Origin: a virus
Taxonomy: Duplodnaviria > Heunggongvirae > Uroviricota > Caudoviricetes
Direction: 5' to 3' (one strand)
Length of the DNA stretch: 64,000 bases
Virus record (IMG/VR): IMGVR_UViG_3300007609_001205
Location: 40,834-104,833 of that record
Shown here: positions 21,007-31,094 of the stretch, one piece after another
How positions within the stretch are numbered: the stretch's first letter is position 1
Layout: every line of letters starts with the position of its first letter
The notes under the pieces: model-generated
The model's database searches: none
What the model was told of the DNA's origin: nothing
What the model saw: the letters and a program-made list of their open reading frames with translations, nothing else
Position numbers and translations under genes: made by a program

Positions 21007-21399
21007 ATGAAATGTGAAAATTGTAATTGGGAATGGGATATTGAGAAAGATGATGAAAATCCATATCTATGCCATCAGTGTGGGTATGATACAAAATTGG
21101 GGGATTTTGATATGGAATCTTTCCACAAATGGTTGAGAGAAAATAGACCATATGACGAAGAATTGAAAGAGGGCTACCAGATAAGAACCTTCTACGAAAG
21201 TGTTGATAATGACGAATTGGTATGGCACAGAGATAAAGAAGATAGAATAATAGAACCCATTGGAGAAACAGATTGGTTATTCCAACACGACAACGAAATC
21301 CCGATTAAAATAGAAGGAAGAATATACATACCGAAGAATAAGTACCACCGAATAATCAAAGGATCTGGTGAACTTAAAATAAAACTGAGAAAATTATAA
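21007..21399 (+). CDS. zinc-ribbon protein
   Basis: MKCENCNWEW...CHQCGYD forms a CxxC...CxxC zinc ribbon. The gene is followed by a strong terminator. Confidence 0.5.
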   Translation: MKCENCNWEWDIEKDDENPYLCHQCGYDTKLGDFDMESFHKWLRENRPYDEELKEGYQIRTFYESVDNDELVWHRDKEDRIIEPIGETDWLFQHDNEIPIKIEGRIYIPKNKYHRIIKGSGELKIKLRKL

Positions 21400-21420
21400 A
21401 CAAACCTACGGAATATGTTA

Positions 21421-21452
21421 AAAAAAAAAGGAGTCTTTAAGACTCCTTTTTT
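21421..21452. terminator. bidirectional intrinsic terminator (AGGAGTC-TTTAA-GACTCCT)
   Basis: Perfect 7-bp stem flanked by A9 and T6. It sits between the convergent zinc-ribbon gene and the tail sheath gene. Confidence 0.7.
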
Positions 21453-21469
21453 AATTATAAAGAATAATA

Positions 21470-24400
21470 TCAAGACTGAATAAATCCACCTGACTGGATT
21501 GCACCATTTCTGAGCACATTCACATTATTCACAATTATACCCATTCCCTGAATAGGCTCGACATATGTATCGAGAACACCTATCTGATTAGCAATTATAT
21601 CACTTGTGTTATTCTCACCATCACACTTATTGAAGTATGCGAAAAGACCATCTCTCGATTTATAACTTTCACAAATAGAATCGGCTCTCAATTTTATCTC
21701 TGCTCTGATTTCAGGTGTGTTAAACTTCCACTGGTAATCAAGTAGCATATTTGTCAATTCTCTTTCCAATTCAATAAGCACTTCTCTAACATGTAAGAAT
21801 GATAAAGATGATTCGTACAATGTTTGTGCAGTGTTCTCTGTTTCGATAACGTGTCCTCTGTTTCGTTTGAAAACAATCGGGTTCATCATCGCACCATTTA
21901 AATTGGTTATGTCATCTGGTCCAAAGTCTTGCTCTACACCAGCAATATTAGTAATTCTACCATTAGTTATACCTGCTGCAATTGTCCAAGGAACAATATT
22001 AGTTACCGTGGATGTATGCTTTCTCATATAAGTAAGACCAACATATGCTGCCGGTGGAATACTTGCAGGACGACCACCATCATTCACAGTAAGGTATGGT
22101 CCGAAATAACCAACCGATGAAACACCAACCCCATCACCAAATGAGTAAAGGAATGCTGGAGAACTATTTGGATCACCACCACTTGCAATAAACTCTGTGC
22201 TTAGAACACCATCACTATCCAAGAAGGAAGGCGAAGATGAATTTTTGAAAGATTTCATCGATGGCATATTCAATATACCCAACACATCCAATCTTTCACC
22301 ACATATATCAACAAGTTGTTGCTTTGATCTCTCCGCAAGTCCAAGACCAAATCCATCAATCAAGTATCTGAAATCAAATGCTTCCTTATTTGTAATTGCT
22401 TTGAACAATGGTGTTCCTTTCGCAACCAAATTCAGAATATCTTCTTGTTTTGACTCAGTACCATCAGGCATAGACTCTTGTCTTATTCTAAAACCTTTAA
22501 GACTAATTGCTTTGTATGTTGAAACATAATCATCAACAGTTGTATATCTGAATGTCTGCTTATCACCATCGCCAAAATCTCTTATCTTGATTTCATCATC
22601 ACAAGTTATAACAACAAATGTGCTATCTTGTGCCCAAAGTCTCTTAGATAAAATACGTGTAAGTTTTCTAGGCATTTCATCAGACTCCAAAGATACTGTC
22701 GCATAGTTTGCCTCAAGATAATCACCAACTTTAATTTCAGTATATCTACTAGCACGTGCAAGGATTTTATTAGCAACCGGAACCCAACCAGATGGCTCAT
22801 CTACTTCAACAGATTGCTTGAAGTTAGAATCAAACGAATTGACATAGAAGTTATTATTCGCCAACAATGCATTGGCATCACCATCACCACCATTAAGTGT
22901 TCCAAATCTAGCAAGTGATTGAAGAGAAACATCTTCAAATGTTACCTTCATATTCAATTCATTATCAATGTACATATCAAGGTACAATGGAGCATCCTCA
23001 TAATCCCCACTATAAGCATATAAATTATCAACATCCAACAATTCTTCTACGACATTCTCATTTACCTCATATGCAAAATAACTATAAGTTGCAGATGATG
23101 AAGCAAACACACCACCACTCAAATTTGAAAGTTCCAATGCTCTTGCTTGTGCAGAAGCAGGTGTTGAATATGCTTGTACCGGGTTGTCTGGACTAAGACC
23201 TTCATCAGATTTAACAGTGAAAGAACCTTCATTCTCAACACCCGTAACAAGGAATTGGTAACCAGCACCCGAAACACTCACATCAGCCGCAGCCAAGAAT
23301 GCTTGGTTTCTATCAATATTATCATCACCGGCACCACCAAGTCCAGATAACTGAACTCCGTATGGATCTTCTTCCAATAAATTAACACCGAATACTAAAT
23401 AATCATAACCTGCAAGTGAAGCAGTTACAGACTCACCGGGAACAAACTCTGCCTTTAAAGAAGAGAAGTTTGTCTTTTGGTAAATAACATCGGTTGAATT
23501 AATAAGTCCTTGGTCATATTTCTGATATAAATCAGAATACCTACCAATAACCCCTTGTGTAAGACCTGCCGGTGCAGACGTTGTTTCCGCACCTTCAGTA
23601 CCTAGAATCATCTCGTCATCCACTTTATAAAATACAAGTGGCAATTCATTACCAGCAATCGAAATTGCATCAGTAACATCTGCAAAATAATTATCAACAT
23701 AATCATCCTCAACATATGTATTAGATGATGGGTTTGTAACAGTATAATCAAAATTCAAAACAAATGAACGATCCACTGTATTAGTGTTCTTAACATCAGT
23801 AACATCGACAAAAGAAAGTGATGATTTCTGTGGGTCACCTGAACCACCAAGTGGGTCAAGTAATAAAGACCCTCTATCAGAACTAGAAGTATCAATATAA
23901 CCAAGCATGTTATTAAATGTCTTAATTCTTCTATACTGTTCATAATCTCTTGGTGTAATACTCTGGTTCGTATCTTCAAATACAACCCTGAATGAATCCG
24001 TAGTTATACCATCATAATAATAATCATTACCAACACCATAAACCAATGGATTGAATGTAGTATCACCCGCACCCGTAACCGAATGGCGAAGTGAAACATC
24101 AACCAAGTTGAATGAACCACTTGAAAAAGTACCACCGGTATTAACAGAAAATGTTGCATAACCTAACACAATATCAGAAGCAGATGGTAATGGATTCGTA
24201 TCTGGTGTAGTAGTCTGATATGCTTTGACAACACCCGTTGAATCAAGAGCCATTGCAACATGATAAGTTTCATTAGTTGTAGATACTGGGTAGTAATCAG
24301 AAGTAACCTCCAAATTAAACGAAGAAGTTGCAATCTGTACCCAAGAACCACCTATAACACAATACCCATTGTCAGATGTAGCATCAACAGTATAATCCAT

Positions 24401-25720
24401 TGATATCGCAGTAGCAGATGTCACAGATGCTGTACCATTAAGGTCATTTACATAACCTTCAGAGAACCACCATGTTCTATTAGATGGGTTATGTACTTGT
24501 CCGGAAATAATACCACCAACTCTTTCACCAGCACCATAAAAAGAACCTCTACTTGCATGTTCGCCACCAAAACTTGGAACAGAACTTGTTCCAAACAATG
24601 CCATAACATTACCAGGTCTATCCAATACTTTCTGTGTCAATGACACACTCTCAGTAATTGTTTCTTGGTATGAAAGGTAATTGATATCAACATGACCATC
24701 ATCTGAACCATCATTTGTGTCCAAATTCGTATAGTTTGTTGACCCAGATGTTGGTGGATTAGGATTCAATGAATCTCTAACCAAATTATTACCAATAAGA
24801 TCAACTAGACCCTTAGGATAATCCGTTTCAAATAAATCAATGTTAAATGCACAGAATACACCATGTTCATCAGTACCTTGGTTTATAACAGTTTCTATAA
24901 ATATATTTCGGCCATTTTGATCTCTGAAATAAGGTATCATAGAAAGACCCTCTGCATATGCAAGAGTTGTTACATTCCTATCATTTGCAAAATTTCTCAA
25001 CTCATCTTTTCTAAGACCAGATGCCGAGAAATATTGTGAAAATCTAGCATCAACAGATAAATTCAAATAATTTGAATAATCTCCCGCAATGACCACAACA
25101 TCCACAAGGTAATCGGAAACCAAATCCTTAGAATTTACATAAGGTGGGATATCTTCTTGTGATCCATACCATTCAATCATCGGAACATCAAAACCACTTC
25201 TTTGTGATTTAACGACAAATATTGTTACATATTTATCAGATAAGTTCGTAAAGTTAAGCAATCTATTTTCGTATCCTGAATTATCATCTGCCAATGCCAA
25301 GAAAGAATCAGTATCCCTCTTCCAAAAACCGGTTGTATCAAAGAATCTTCTATATGGACCCTCTCTTTCAACATCATTTTGGTATGTAGTAGCACACGAC
25401 AAAGACTGGTATTCTATTTTATCAAGAACATCATCAGTAATCAACAAGTTTATTGCATAAACTGGCGATGCTTCCAACATTTTAGAAATTGTTCTATGAA
25501 AGAAAGAACCCTTTCTTTCAAGTTGTCTATCAATAGGACCGAAGACCGATTCAAGAGAATTGATATTATCGATAAGGATAGGTGTATTAACCGGTCCCTT
25601 TCGTGAAACACCGATCACAGTATTAACAATACCATCAACTGTTGGGCTTGTTATAACTGACTGATCACTTTCTTCTGTAAAAATCCCTGGTCTTCCGTAT
25701 TTTCCGATTTGGATTGCCAT
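21470..25720 (-). CDS. tail sheath protein, T4 gp18-like (1416 aa with large insertions)
   Basis: N-terminus RPGIFTEESDQSVITSPTVDGIVNTVIGVSRKGPVNTPILIDNINSLESVFGP parallels T4 gp18 SPGIELKETTVQSTVV...GKFQWGPAFQIKQVTNEVDLVNTFGQP. C-terminus FNTPEIRAEIKLRADSICESYKSRDGLFAYFNKCDGENNTSD parallels the gp18 C-terminal domain. Confidence 0.75.
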   Translation of the reverse strand: MAIQIGKYGRPGIFTEESDQSVITSPTVDGIVNTVIGVSRKGPVNTPILIDNINSLESVFGPIDRQLERKGSFFHRTISKMLEASPVYAINLLITDDVLDKIEYQSLSCATTYQNDVEREGPYRRFFDTTGFWKRDTDSFLALADDNSGYENRLLNFTNLSDKYVTIFVVKSQRSGFDVPMIEWYGSQEDIPPYVNSKDLVSDYLVDVVVIAGDYSNYLNLSVDARFSQYFSASGLRKDELRNFANDRNVTTLAYAEGLSMIPYFRDQNGRNIFIETVINQGTDEHGVFCAFNIDLFETDYPKGLVDLIGNNLVRDSLNPNPPTSGSTNYTNLDTNDGSDDGHVDINYLSYQETITESVSLTQKVLDRPGNVMALFGTSSVPSFGGEHASRGSFYGAGERVGGIISGQVHNPSNRTWWFSEGYVNDLNGTASVTSATAISMDYTVDATSDNGYCVIGGSWVQIATSSFNLEVTSDYYPVSTTNETYHVAMALDSTGVVKAYQTTTPDTNPLPSASDIVLGYATFSVNTGGTFSSGSFNLVDVSLRHSVTGAGDTTFNPLVYGVGNDYYYDGITTDSFRVVFEDTNQSITPRDYEQYRRIKTFNNMLGYIDTSSSDRGSLLLDPLGGSGDPQKSSLSFVDVTDVKNTNTVDRSFVLNFDYTVTNPSSNTYVEDDYVDNYFADVTDAISIAGNELPLVFYKVDDEMILGTEGAETTSAPAGLTQGVIGRYSDLYQKYDQGLINSTDVIYQKTNFSSLKAEFVPGESVTASLAGYDYLVFGVNLLEEDPYGVQLSGLGGAGDDNIDRNQAFLAAADVSVSGAGYQFLVTGVENEGSFTVKSDEGLSPDNPVQAYSTPASAQARALELSNLSGGVFASSSATYSYFAYEVNENVVEELLDVDNLYAYSGDYEDAPLYLDMYIDNELNMKVTFEDVSLQSLARFGTLNGGDGDANALLANNNFYVNSFDSNFKQSVEVDEPSGWVPVANKILARASRYTEIKVGDYLEANYATVSLESDEMPRKLTRILSKRLWAQDSTFVVITCDDEIKIRDFGDGDKQTFRYTTVDDYVSTYKAISLKGFRIRQESMPDGTESKQEDILNLVAKGTPLFKAITNKEAFDFRYLIDGFGLGLAERSKQQLVDICGERLDVLGILNMPSMKSFKNSSSPSFLDSDGVLSTEFIASGGDPNSSPAFLYSFGDGVGVSSVGYFGPYLTVNDGGRPASIPPAAYVGLTYMRKHTSTVTNIVPWTIAAGITNGRITNIAGVEQDFGPDDITNLNGAMMNPIVFKRNRGHVIETENTAQTLYESSLSFLHVREVLIELERELTNMLLDYQWKFNTPEIRAEIKLRADSICESYKSRDGLFAYFNKCDGENNTSDIIANQIGVLDTYVEPIQGMGIIVNNVNVLRNGAIQSGGFIQS

Positions 25721-25800
25721 ATTATTTAAATTATTTTTTATCTATTAGGTTATATATAAAATAAAAAAAATCAACTTTTTCTATTTCGGATATAATGATA

Positions 25801-28032
25801 TCAGTCCTTTGTGGGGGACTCCGTAAGTTTTTTCATTACATTTATACCACTTGTCGATTCAAAATCAACCCCGCCCAAAACTCTAAGCTTTTTGAATAAT
25901 TTACCATGAAGATCAACCAAAACTTCAACATCATCTAATGATAATTTATCATTCTCTTTTGTTGTCTTACCATTGACATTCACATATCTCATTTTAGAAC
26001 CACCATCAAAGAATATACTCAGGTATAATTGAGACCGGCTATATTCTTCTTTAATTTCAATATTTGTCATATCAAACCCAAACCTAGATAGGTAATAGAA
26101 ATATATAACATCTTTTTTCTGTTTTGCCAATACAAAATATACCCATTCCCCCTTACTTTTAATTCGGAATGCAATACCATTAGGTAACTTTGTGGACTCA
26201 TTCTTCAACTTCTCAAACCAATCAAATAAACTTAAACCACTTAATTCACCAACATTACGTTGATCAACATATTTTACCTTTGTTTTAACAATTTTATTAG
26301 AAACTTCCTGAACAACATCATTATCTGATTTACCCTTATGTGTCATTGCAGTATCAGATAGATCAACAGTAAGTCCAAAATATTCCTTTAAGAAAGTAGG
26401 CAATGCACCACTCCCCGTATACATTTTAGAATCGGCCAATAACTTGGTGATGAAGTTCAACAATATCTTTCCAGATTTTTTTCCGGATTTCACAGTTGAA
26501 CCATCTGATTCAAAATGAAATTCACACTCATCAGAAAAAATAGTTGTCTTATACCTATTATCTGCTAATATATCCATAACTGCATTCTCCCATTGATCAT
26601 ACAATTTAACATTTCTCCATGGACCGGGACCGGGTTGCTCAGGAGAACCACCACTATTAGACCCAAGATTTTCATATTCTCGGAAAACCCTATTGGAAAC
26701 CTTACCACCAGTTCTACCAGAAGGAATAACCGATGTTGTGTGTAGCCTATATGCCCTTTTAAACAATCTGACGATTTCAATTATATGGTCCGGATTTCTC
26801 ATCACCAATTTTGGACTCCTCTCATATTTCTTAAATTCTGTAACCTTTTCCTTTGTTATAGTAAATTCTGCAATTACATCTTGAGTGAAGATCTCTTCAA
26901 ATTTACTTTTCATTTCCTCTGTTGTCACTTCAACACCTACCTTCTTCTCATAAAACTTCACATAACCAGAAAGGTGTGACATCCTTGTTTCTTTCTGAAC
27001 CTGAACTTCCTTACCATTATCCGAACCATCACCGATTAATTTGGTCTTATCCGAATTTCCATTTTGTGCATCTTTTTGCTTAGATGTAAGTTCATTTAGA
27101 ACTTTTTCATATTCTTTAATGGTCTTATGCTTCTTTACAAGAATTTCCATCTTCTCCCATAAACCTTTCATTGCTTCCTCATCATTATCTTGATATGCTT
27201 TGGTAACTTTTTGTAAAATCTCCTTTGCTTTATCATCACCGATGGTTGATATTATAGAAGCATCATTATTTCTGTAATCACTATGGATATATTTAGCAAT
27301 TTGTCGATACATTTTCTTAAATTCCTTAGTATCCTTTACCTTCTTTTTAGCAACTGGTATTTTCTTAGCCTCTTCTGCATCTTTTTGCATTTCTTGTTTA
27401 ACCTTTTGAATTGCTTGTTTATACCTCTCAATATACTTAGGTATTAATTCCAATGTCAAATTCCTTGGCAATTCCAATGGGTCACCAGTTTCCTCACCAA
27501 GTTCTTTGACCTTACTCTTATCTATATCAGGTGCATCACCTTGACCCAATGCCTTACTTGCATCAAAATCACTTTCTTCACCACCTTCTTCCTTAACACC
27601 GTCCAACAGAAAAGTCTTATATTCTCCTAATTTTTCATAAACAACATCAACACCCTCCTGATCCTTTACTTGATCAAGTGCCTCTTCTGCCTCAACTACC
27701 AATTGGATTATCTTCTTATATGATGAACCACTAACGATTTTCTCTGATAACATATGTAGGCGAGCTGCAACGTGTATGGTTATCTTTTCCTTTGCAGGTA
27801 GATCTGACAATTGAACATCATCATTCATAACTTCAAATTTATTCTTCAATAATTTGATGATATTCTTCATTCTCATCATGTTATAGCCTATCTCACCCTT
27901 TCTAAGTATAGAATTGAACAACCTACCCACTAATGAATCACCCCAATTTACATCATTCTCAATCATCTCATTGACTGAATAATGTTTCTTATATTGTGAA
28001 AGGTATTGTTCTCTTGTATAAACTCTCCGCAT
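25801..28032 (-). CDS. hypothetical protein with K/E-rich coiled-coil centre
   Basis: 743 aa, immediately upstream of the sheath on the same strand; possibly virion or neck-associated. Confidence 0.5.
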   Translation of the reverse strand: MRRVYTREQYLSQYKKHYSVNEMIENDVNWGDSLVGRLFNSILRKGEIGYNMMRMKNIIKLLKNKFEVMNDDVQLSDLPAKEKITIHVAARLHMLSEKIVSGSSYKKIIQLVVEAEEALDQVKDQEGVDVVYEKLGEYKTFLLDGVKEEGGEESDFDASKALGQGDAPDIDKSKVKELGEETGDPLELPRNLTLELIPKYIERYKQAIQKVKQEMQKDAEEAKKIPVAKKKVKDTKEFKKMYRQIAKYIHSDYRNNDASIISTIGDDKAKEILQKVTKAYQDNDEEAMKGLWEKMEILVKKHKTIKEYEKVLNELTSKQKDAQNGNSDKTKLIGDGSDNGKEVQVQKETRMSHLSGYVKFYEKKVGVEVTTEEMKSKFEEIFTQDVIAEFTITKEKVTEFKKYERSPKLVMRNPDHIIEIVRLFKRAYRLHTTSVIPSGRTGGKVSNRVFREYENLGSNSGGSPEQPGPGPWRNVKLYDQWENAVMDILADNRYKTTIFSDECEFHFESDGSTVKSGKKSGKILLNFITKLLADSKMYTGSGALPTFLKEYFGLTVDLSDTAMTHKGKSDNDVVQEVSNKIVKTKVKYVDQRNVGELSGLSLFDWFEKLKNESTKLPNGIAFRIKSKGEWVYFVLAKQKKDVIYFYYLSRFGFDMTNIEIKEEYSRSQLYLSIFFDGGSKMRYVNVNGKTTKENDKLSLDDVEVLVDLHGKLFKKLRVLGGVDFESTSGINVMKKLTESPTKD

Positions 28033-28119
28033 ATGAAAGGGTCATTTTTAGATATATATTAAAAGATTTTGTTGTAATTTGTAAAAAAATATTGTATCTT
28101 TGGACAAACAAACAAAATA

Positions 28120-28500
28120 ATGAGCAATTTTAATATCATATCATTCGACATCTCGAAACTATCGCCATCAAATCTGATGCAGGCACTTCTTGATGCAGGG
28201 ATAAAATCCCTTACACCGGAAACAACAGAAACAATCTTACAGTTATTCAAAGAAGACCGGACACGGATTTTTTTAGATGGAACAACACACCAAGTTGTAG
28301 GATACATCGATAATGACACAGAAGAACCCGTATTCACAGAAAATTTCACAGAAAATCTTAAATGGATGCCAAGTATTGAACCAAAACCAGAAATTATTCT
28401 TGATATGGATACCATTCTCGAAAAAATCAATAAATTTGGAATGGATAGCCTATATTCAGAAGAATTAGCATACCTTAAAGAAGAGTCAAACAAAGTTTAA
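28120..28500 (+). CDS. hypothetical acidic protein
   Basis: 126 aa with balanced composition; a TATCTTTG motif lies ~25 nt upstream. Confidence 0.45.
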   Translation: MSNFNIISFDISKLSPSNLMQALLDAGIKSLTPETTETILQLFKEDRTRIFLDGTTHQVVGYIDNDTEEPVFTENFTENLKWMPSIEPKPEIILDMDTILEKINKFGMDSLYSEELAYLKEESNKV

Positions 28501-28536
28501 TGACTGATTATAAATGAACAATTAAAGATATTTTAA

Positions 28537-28737
28537 ATGACAAGCAACGAAACAAAACAAAAAGCAGATTTAATTTGGAACAAACTCTTCTCAAAAGATA
28601 GAGGAAATCGAACTAAGGAAGATGAATTAAACTTAATTGAAAGTGTTGTAATACAGATAGCACAAGAACAAAGAAAAGTGGGCAGAAACCAAATTCTCAA
28701 TCATATCCAAGAAGAGGTTAAGAATCTGCGTGACTAA
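28537..28737 (+). CDS. hypothetical small protein
   Basis: 66-aa ORF. Confidence 0.35.
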   Translation: MTSNETKQKADLIWNKLFSKDRGNRTKEDELNLIESVVIQIAQEQRKVGRNQILNHIQEEVKNLRD

Positions 28738-28762
28738 TAATATAACGAATTCGAATTTTTAA

Positions 28763-28933
28763 ATGAGCAGAAGGGAATTTATGAAATGGCAATTCGGTCT
28801 ATTCTTATATGGAATCATATGCGTATTCCTCCTTGCCATGTATTCTGCTGAACCAATTTGGTGGGTAATCCCATGCATCATTTACACAATTTTGGATGGT
28901 TGGGCAAAAGAGAAATTCAAAAACAGAGAGTAA
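28763..28933 (+). CDS. small two-helix membrane protein (56 aa, below the ORF-track cutoff)
   Basis: Hand-translated as MSRREFMKWQFGLFLYGIICVFLLAMYSAEPIWWVIPCIIYTILDGWAKEKFKNRE. It shows two hydrophobic spans, and a weak terminator-like hairpin follows. Confidence 0.3.
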   Translation: MSRREFMKWQFGLFLYGIICVFLLAMYSAEPIWWVIPCIIYTILDGWAKEKFKNRE

Positions 28934-28956
28934 CCCACCTACAAGTATATACAAAA

Positions 28957-28987
28957 CTTGACCACATTTCGGTCAGGTTTTATTTTT
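28957..28987 (+). terminator. weak terminator-like hairpin
   Basis: TGACC-ACATTTC-GGTCA followed by GGTTTTATTTTTT. Confidence 0.3.
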
Positions 28988-29061
28988 TCACAAAAAATCC
29001 ACACTTCCAAAATACCAGATTCACATCGAATATATAATTATACAAATCATCATATAAGAAT

Positions 29062-29346
29062 ATGAGATACAAACAATTGAAATACGGTGACAAAACAATC
29101 ACCAATTCGAAACAGATAAACAGTATAATAATGGACGAAGGCCTTCAATGGCTTATTGACTGTGAATTAGAAAATGCTGATATCGAAATCAAGAACAAGA
29201 CATTAATTTGGAATTCCGGTGATTTCATTACCGGTAAATGGAAATATGGAATTTTCAAAGACGGTACTTTCCATGGAACTTTTGAAAATGGGATATTTGA
29301 AAAGGGGAACATGTTAGGTAATTTTATCAGTGGAATTAAACACTGA
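29062..29346 (+). CDS. hypothetical protein
   Basis: 94-aa ORF. Confidence 0.4.
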   Translation: MRYKQLKYGDKTITNSKQINSIIMDEGLQWLIDCELENADIEIKNKTLIWNSGDFITGKWKYGIFKDGTFHGTFENGIFEKGNMLGNFISGIKH

Positions 29347-29367
29347 CCAAAAACAAATCAAACATAG

Positions 29368-29820
29368 ATGAACAAGAAGAAGGTTACTACAATTAAACCG
29401 TTCAACCTTGTCGATACAGAAATGGTTAAAATATCCAAGTACCATGGAGAAGATTACTTTTTCGAAATCGGTAAAAACATAACCAATGACATAACAGAAG
29501 CAGTGGCTCTAATGCTAAGAATTGGTGTAGATGAAAATAATCCTATATGGAATACCGAAATAAATGATGTAAATACTTATGAGATAAATCCTAGCAAATC
29601 TCTATATTGGCTATCAGGAGGCGATGATGAATGGCTATCCGGAATGAATTACAAATACCATTGGCATGAATGTGTAAATGAATTCTCAGAAGAATTTGGG
29701 TCGAAAATAATCGATATCATTAATGAATCCAAAAATCTCCGTGATGTCAGAAACAAAATAATAAGGAGGTTTAACCTACCAACATTGTTTGAATTTGCAC
29801 TGGAAAGGGGATTTGTGTAA
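29368..29820 (+). CDS. hypothetical protein
   Basis: 150-aa ORF with a terminator downstream. Confidence 0.45.
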   Translation: MNKKKVTTIKPFNLVDTEMVKISKYHGEDYFFEIGKNITNDITEAVALMLRIGVDENNPIWNTEINDVNTYEINPSKSLYWLSGGDDEWLSGMNYKYHWHECVNEFSEEFGSKIIDIINESKNLRDVRNKIIRRFNLPTLFEFALERGFV

Positions 29821-29842
29821 ATCAAACACCGAATATTCAAAA

Positions 29843-29869
29843 AGTCCGGCTTTTAAGTCGGACTTTTTT
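29843..29869 (+). terminator. intrinsic terminator
   Basis: AGTCCGGC-TTTTAA-GTCGGACT (one mismatch) followed by T6. Confidence 0.55.
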
Positions 29870-29881
29870 ATATATAATAGT

Positions 29882-30730
29882 ATGAATGCACATTTCATAG
29901 ACATAGACCTCGTTATGGAAGATAAATCAATGGCTTGGATCATATCAAAAGATAAACCAACCGAACCACTATTGAAGGTATCCAAATATAAATTCAATCT
30001 ATTCTTGTCTGAAATATACAAAAAGTTTGGGAATAAGATATCATTCAATGGTAAAACTTTTTACTTAGACGACAAAACAATGGAAAATCTGAAACGTCTT
30101 TGTAAAAAGAAAAAATGCAACATAACCAACCTTGGTATATCAATGCAAGAATTCACAAACACTGACATAATAGACGAAATAGATGTGGATATAAACCTTG
30201 AAATTTTCAAACGACTTATAAATAAACCAGATCACATATACATAATATGTTCCAAGAAAAAAAAGTCTACATACACCAAACACATATCCAAATTAGAAGA
30301 GGAGTTGGAGGAGATGGGTCTTAAAATTGAAAATTATTATTTCCTAACTGAAACTTTCTACAACAGAGACAGAGATAAAACTGCATTCCTTAAAATAAAG
30401 TTGATCCTTCAACACTTGATAGGACTTAAAATTGAAGAAGATCAATTTATAAGGGAGGATATACTCAAATATGAACACATATCATTATATGATGACTCAT
30501 ATAAAACCATACAGCTTGCAGATGATATAAATAAAGTATTCGAAAAATTCCTAGAAAAGACGGAAAAAGGAGTCAAACTCAAAGTAAAATCACTTATGAA
30601 GGATTATGACAACGTACTCATAATGAACAAATACACCCATAACAAGGCAAGGAAGATTGAGAAAAAGATAATTCCCCTAATGTATTCAAATATTGTAAAG
30701 GCATTTGAGAACTACCGATATGACCAATGA
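29882..30730 (+). CDS. hypothetical protein
   Basis: The track ORF begins at 29789 and runs across the terminator. The ATG at 29882 (MNAHFIDIDL) is the plausible start. Confidence 0.5.
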   Translation: MNAHFIDIDLVMEDKSMAWIISKDKPTEPLLKVSKYKFNLFLSEIYKKFGNKISFNGKTFYLDDKTMENLKRLCKKKKCNITNLGISMQEFTNTDIIDEIDVDINLEIFKRLINKPDHIYIICSKKKKSTYTKHISKLEEELEEMGLKIENYYFLTETFYNRDRDKTAFLKIKLILQHLIGLKIEEDQFIREDILKYEHISLYDDSYKTIQLADDINKVFEKFLEKTEKGVKLKVKSLMKDYDNVLIMNKYTHNKARKIEKKIIPLMYSNIVKAFENYRYDQ

Positions 30731-31042
30731 AAACTTTCACGAAGTTCTGAGTCTTACTCAGAGCCGATACCTCTTAATTCTATGGGACTCAAAATGGATT
30801 TCATAGTCACCATGTTCAATGAAAAAATGTGGTCTTACCATATTCATATAACCACCCAACTCAGTTTTCATATATGATAAATACTCAAAAAGTTTTTTGA
30901 TATCATAGACCACACCACTTTCAAAAAATTCCAAAATACCATTTAATATTGGTGGGTTTTGGAATCTTATTTTTGAATGTTTGTTCTTTATTCGATATGA
31001 TATAGATAAAGTTAAACAATTTCTCATAACAGTCTAATAATT

Positions 31043-31072
31043 AAAAATGAGTGGTTCTTTAAGAACCACTCA
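31043..31072 (-). terminator. intrinsic terminator (TGAGTGGTTC / GAACCACTCA)
   Basis: 10-bp stem with A5 on the + side, which reads as hairpin + T5 on the minus strand, downstream of the SPFH-like gene. Confidence 0.5.
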
Positions 31073-31094
31073 TTCACACATATTACGTATAACG

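Noticed and set aside
21192-21473. Minus-strand 93-aa ORF overlapping the zinc-ribbon gene
   Set aside because: It runs through the bidirectional terminator and overlaps a better + strand ORF that has a CxxC zinc ribbon.
28059-28493. Minus-strand 144-aa ORF overlapping the + strand 28120..28500 ORF
   Set aside because: Ser/Ile-rich low-complexity product. The + strand ORF has a balanced composition and an upstream promoter-like motif, so the + strand ORF was called instead.
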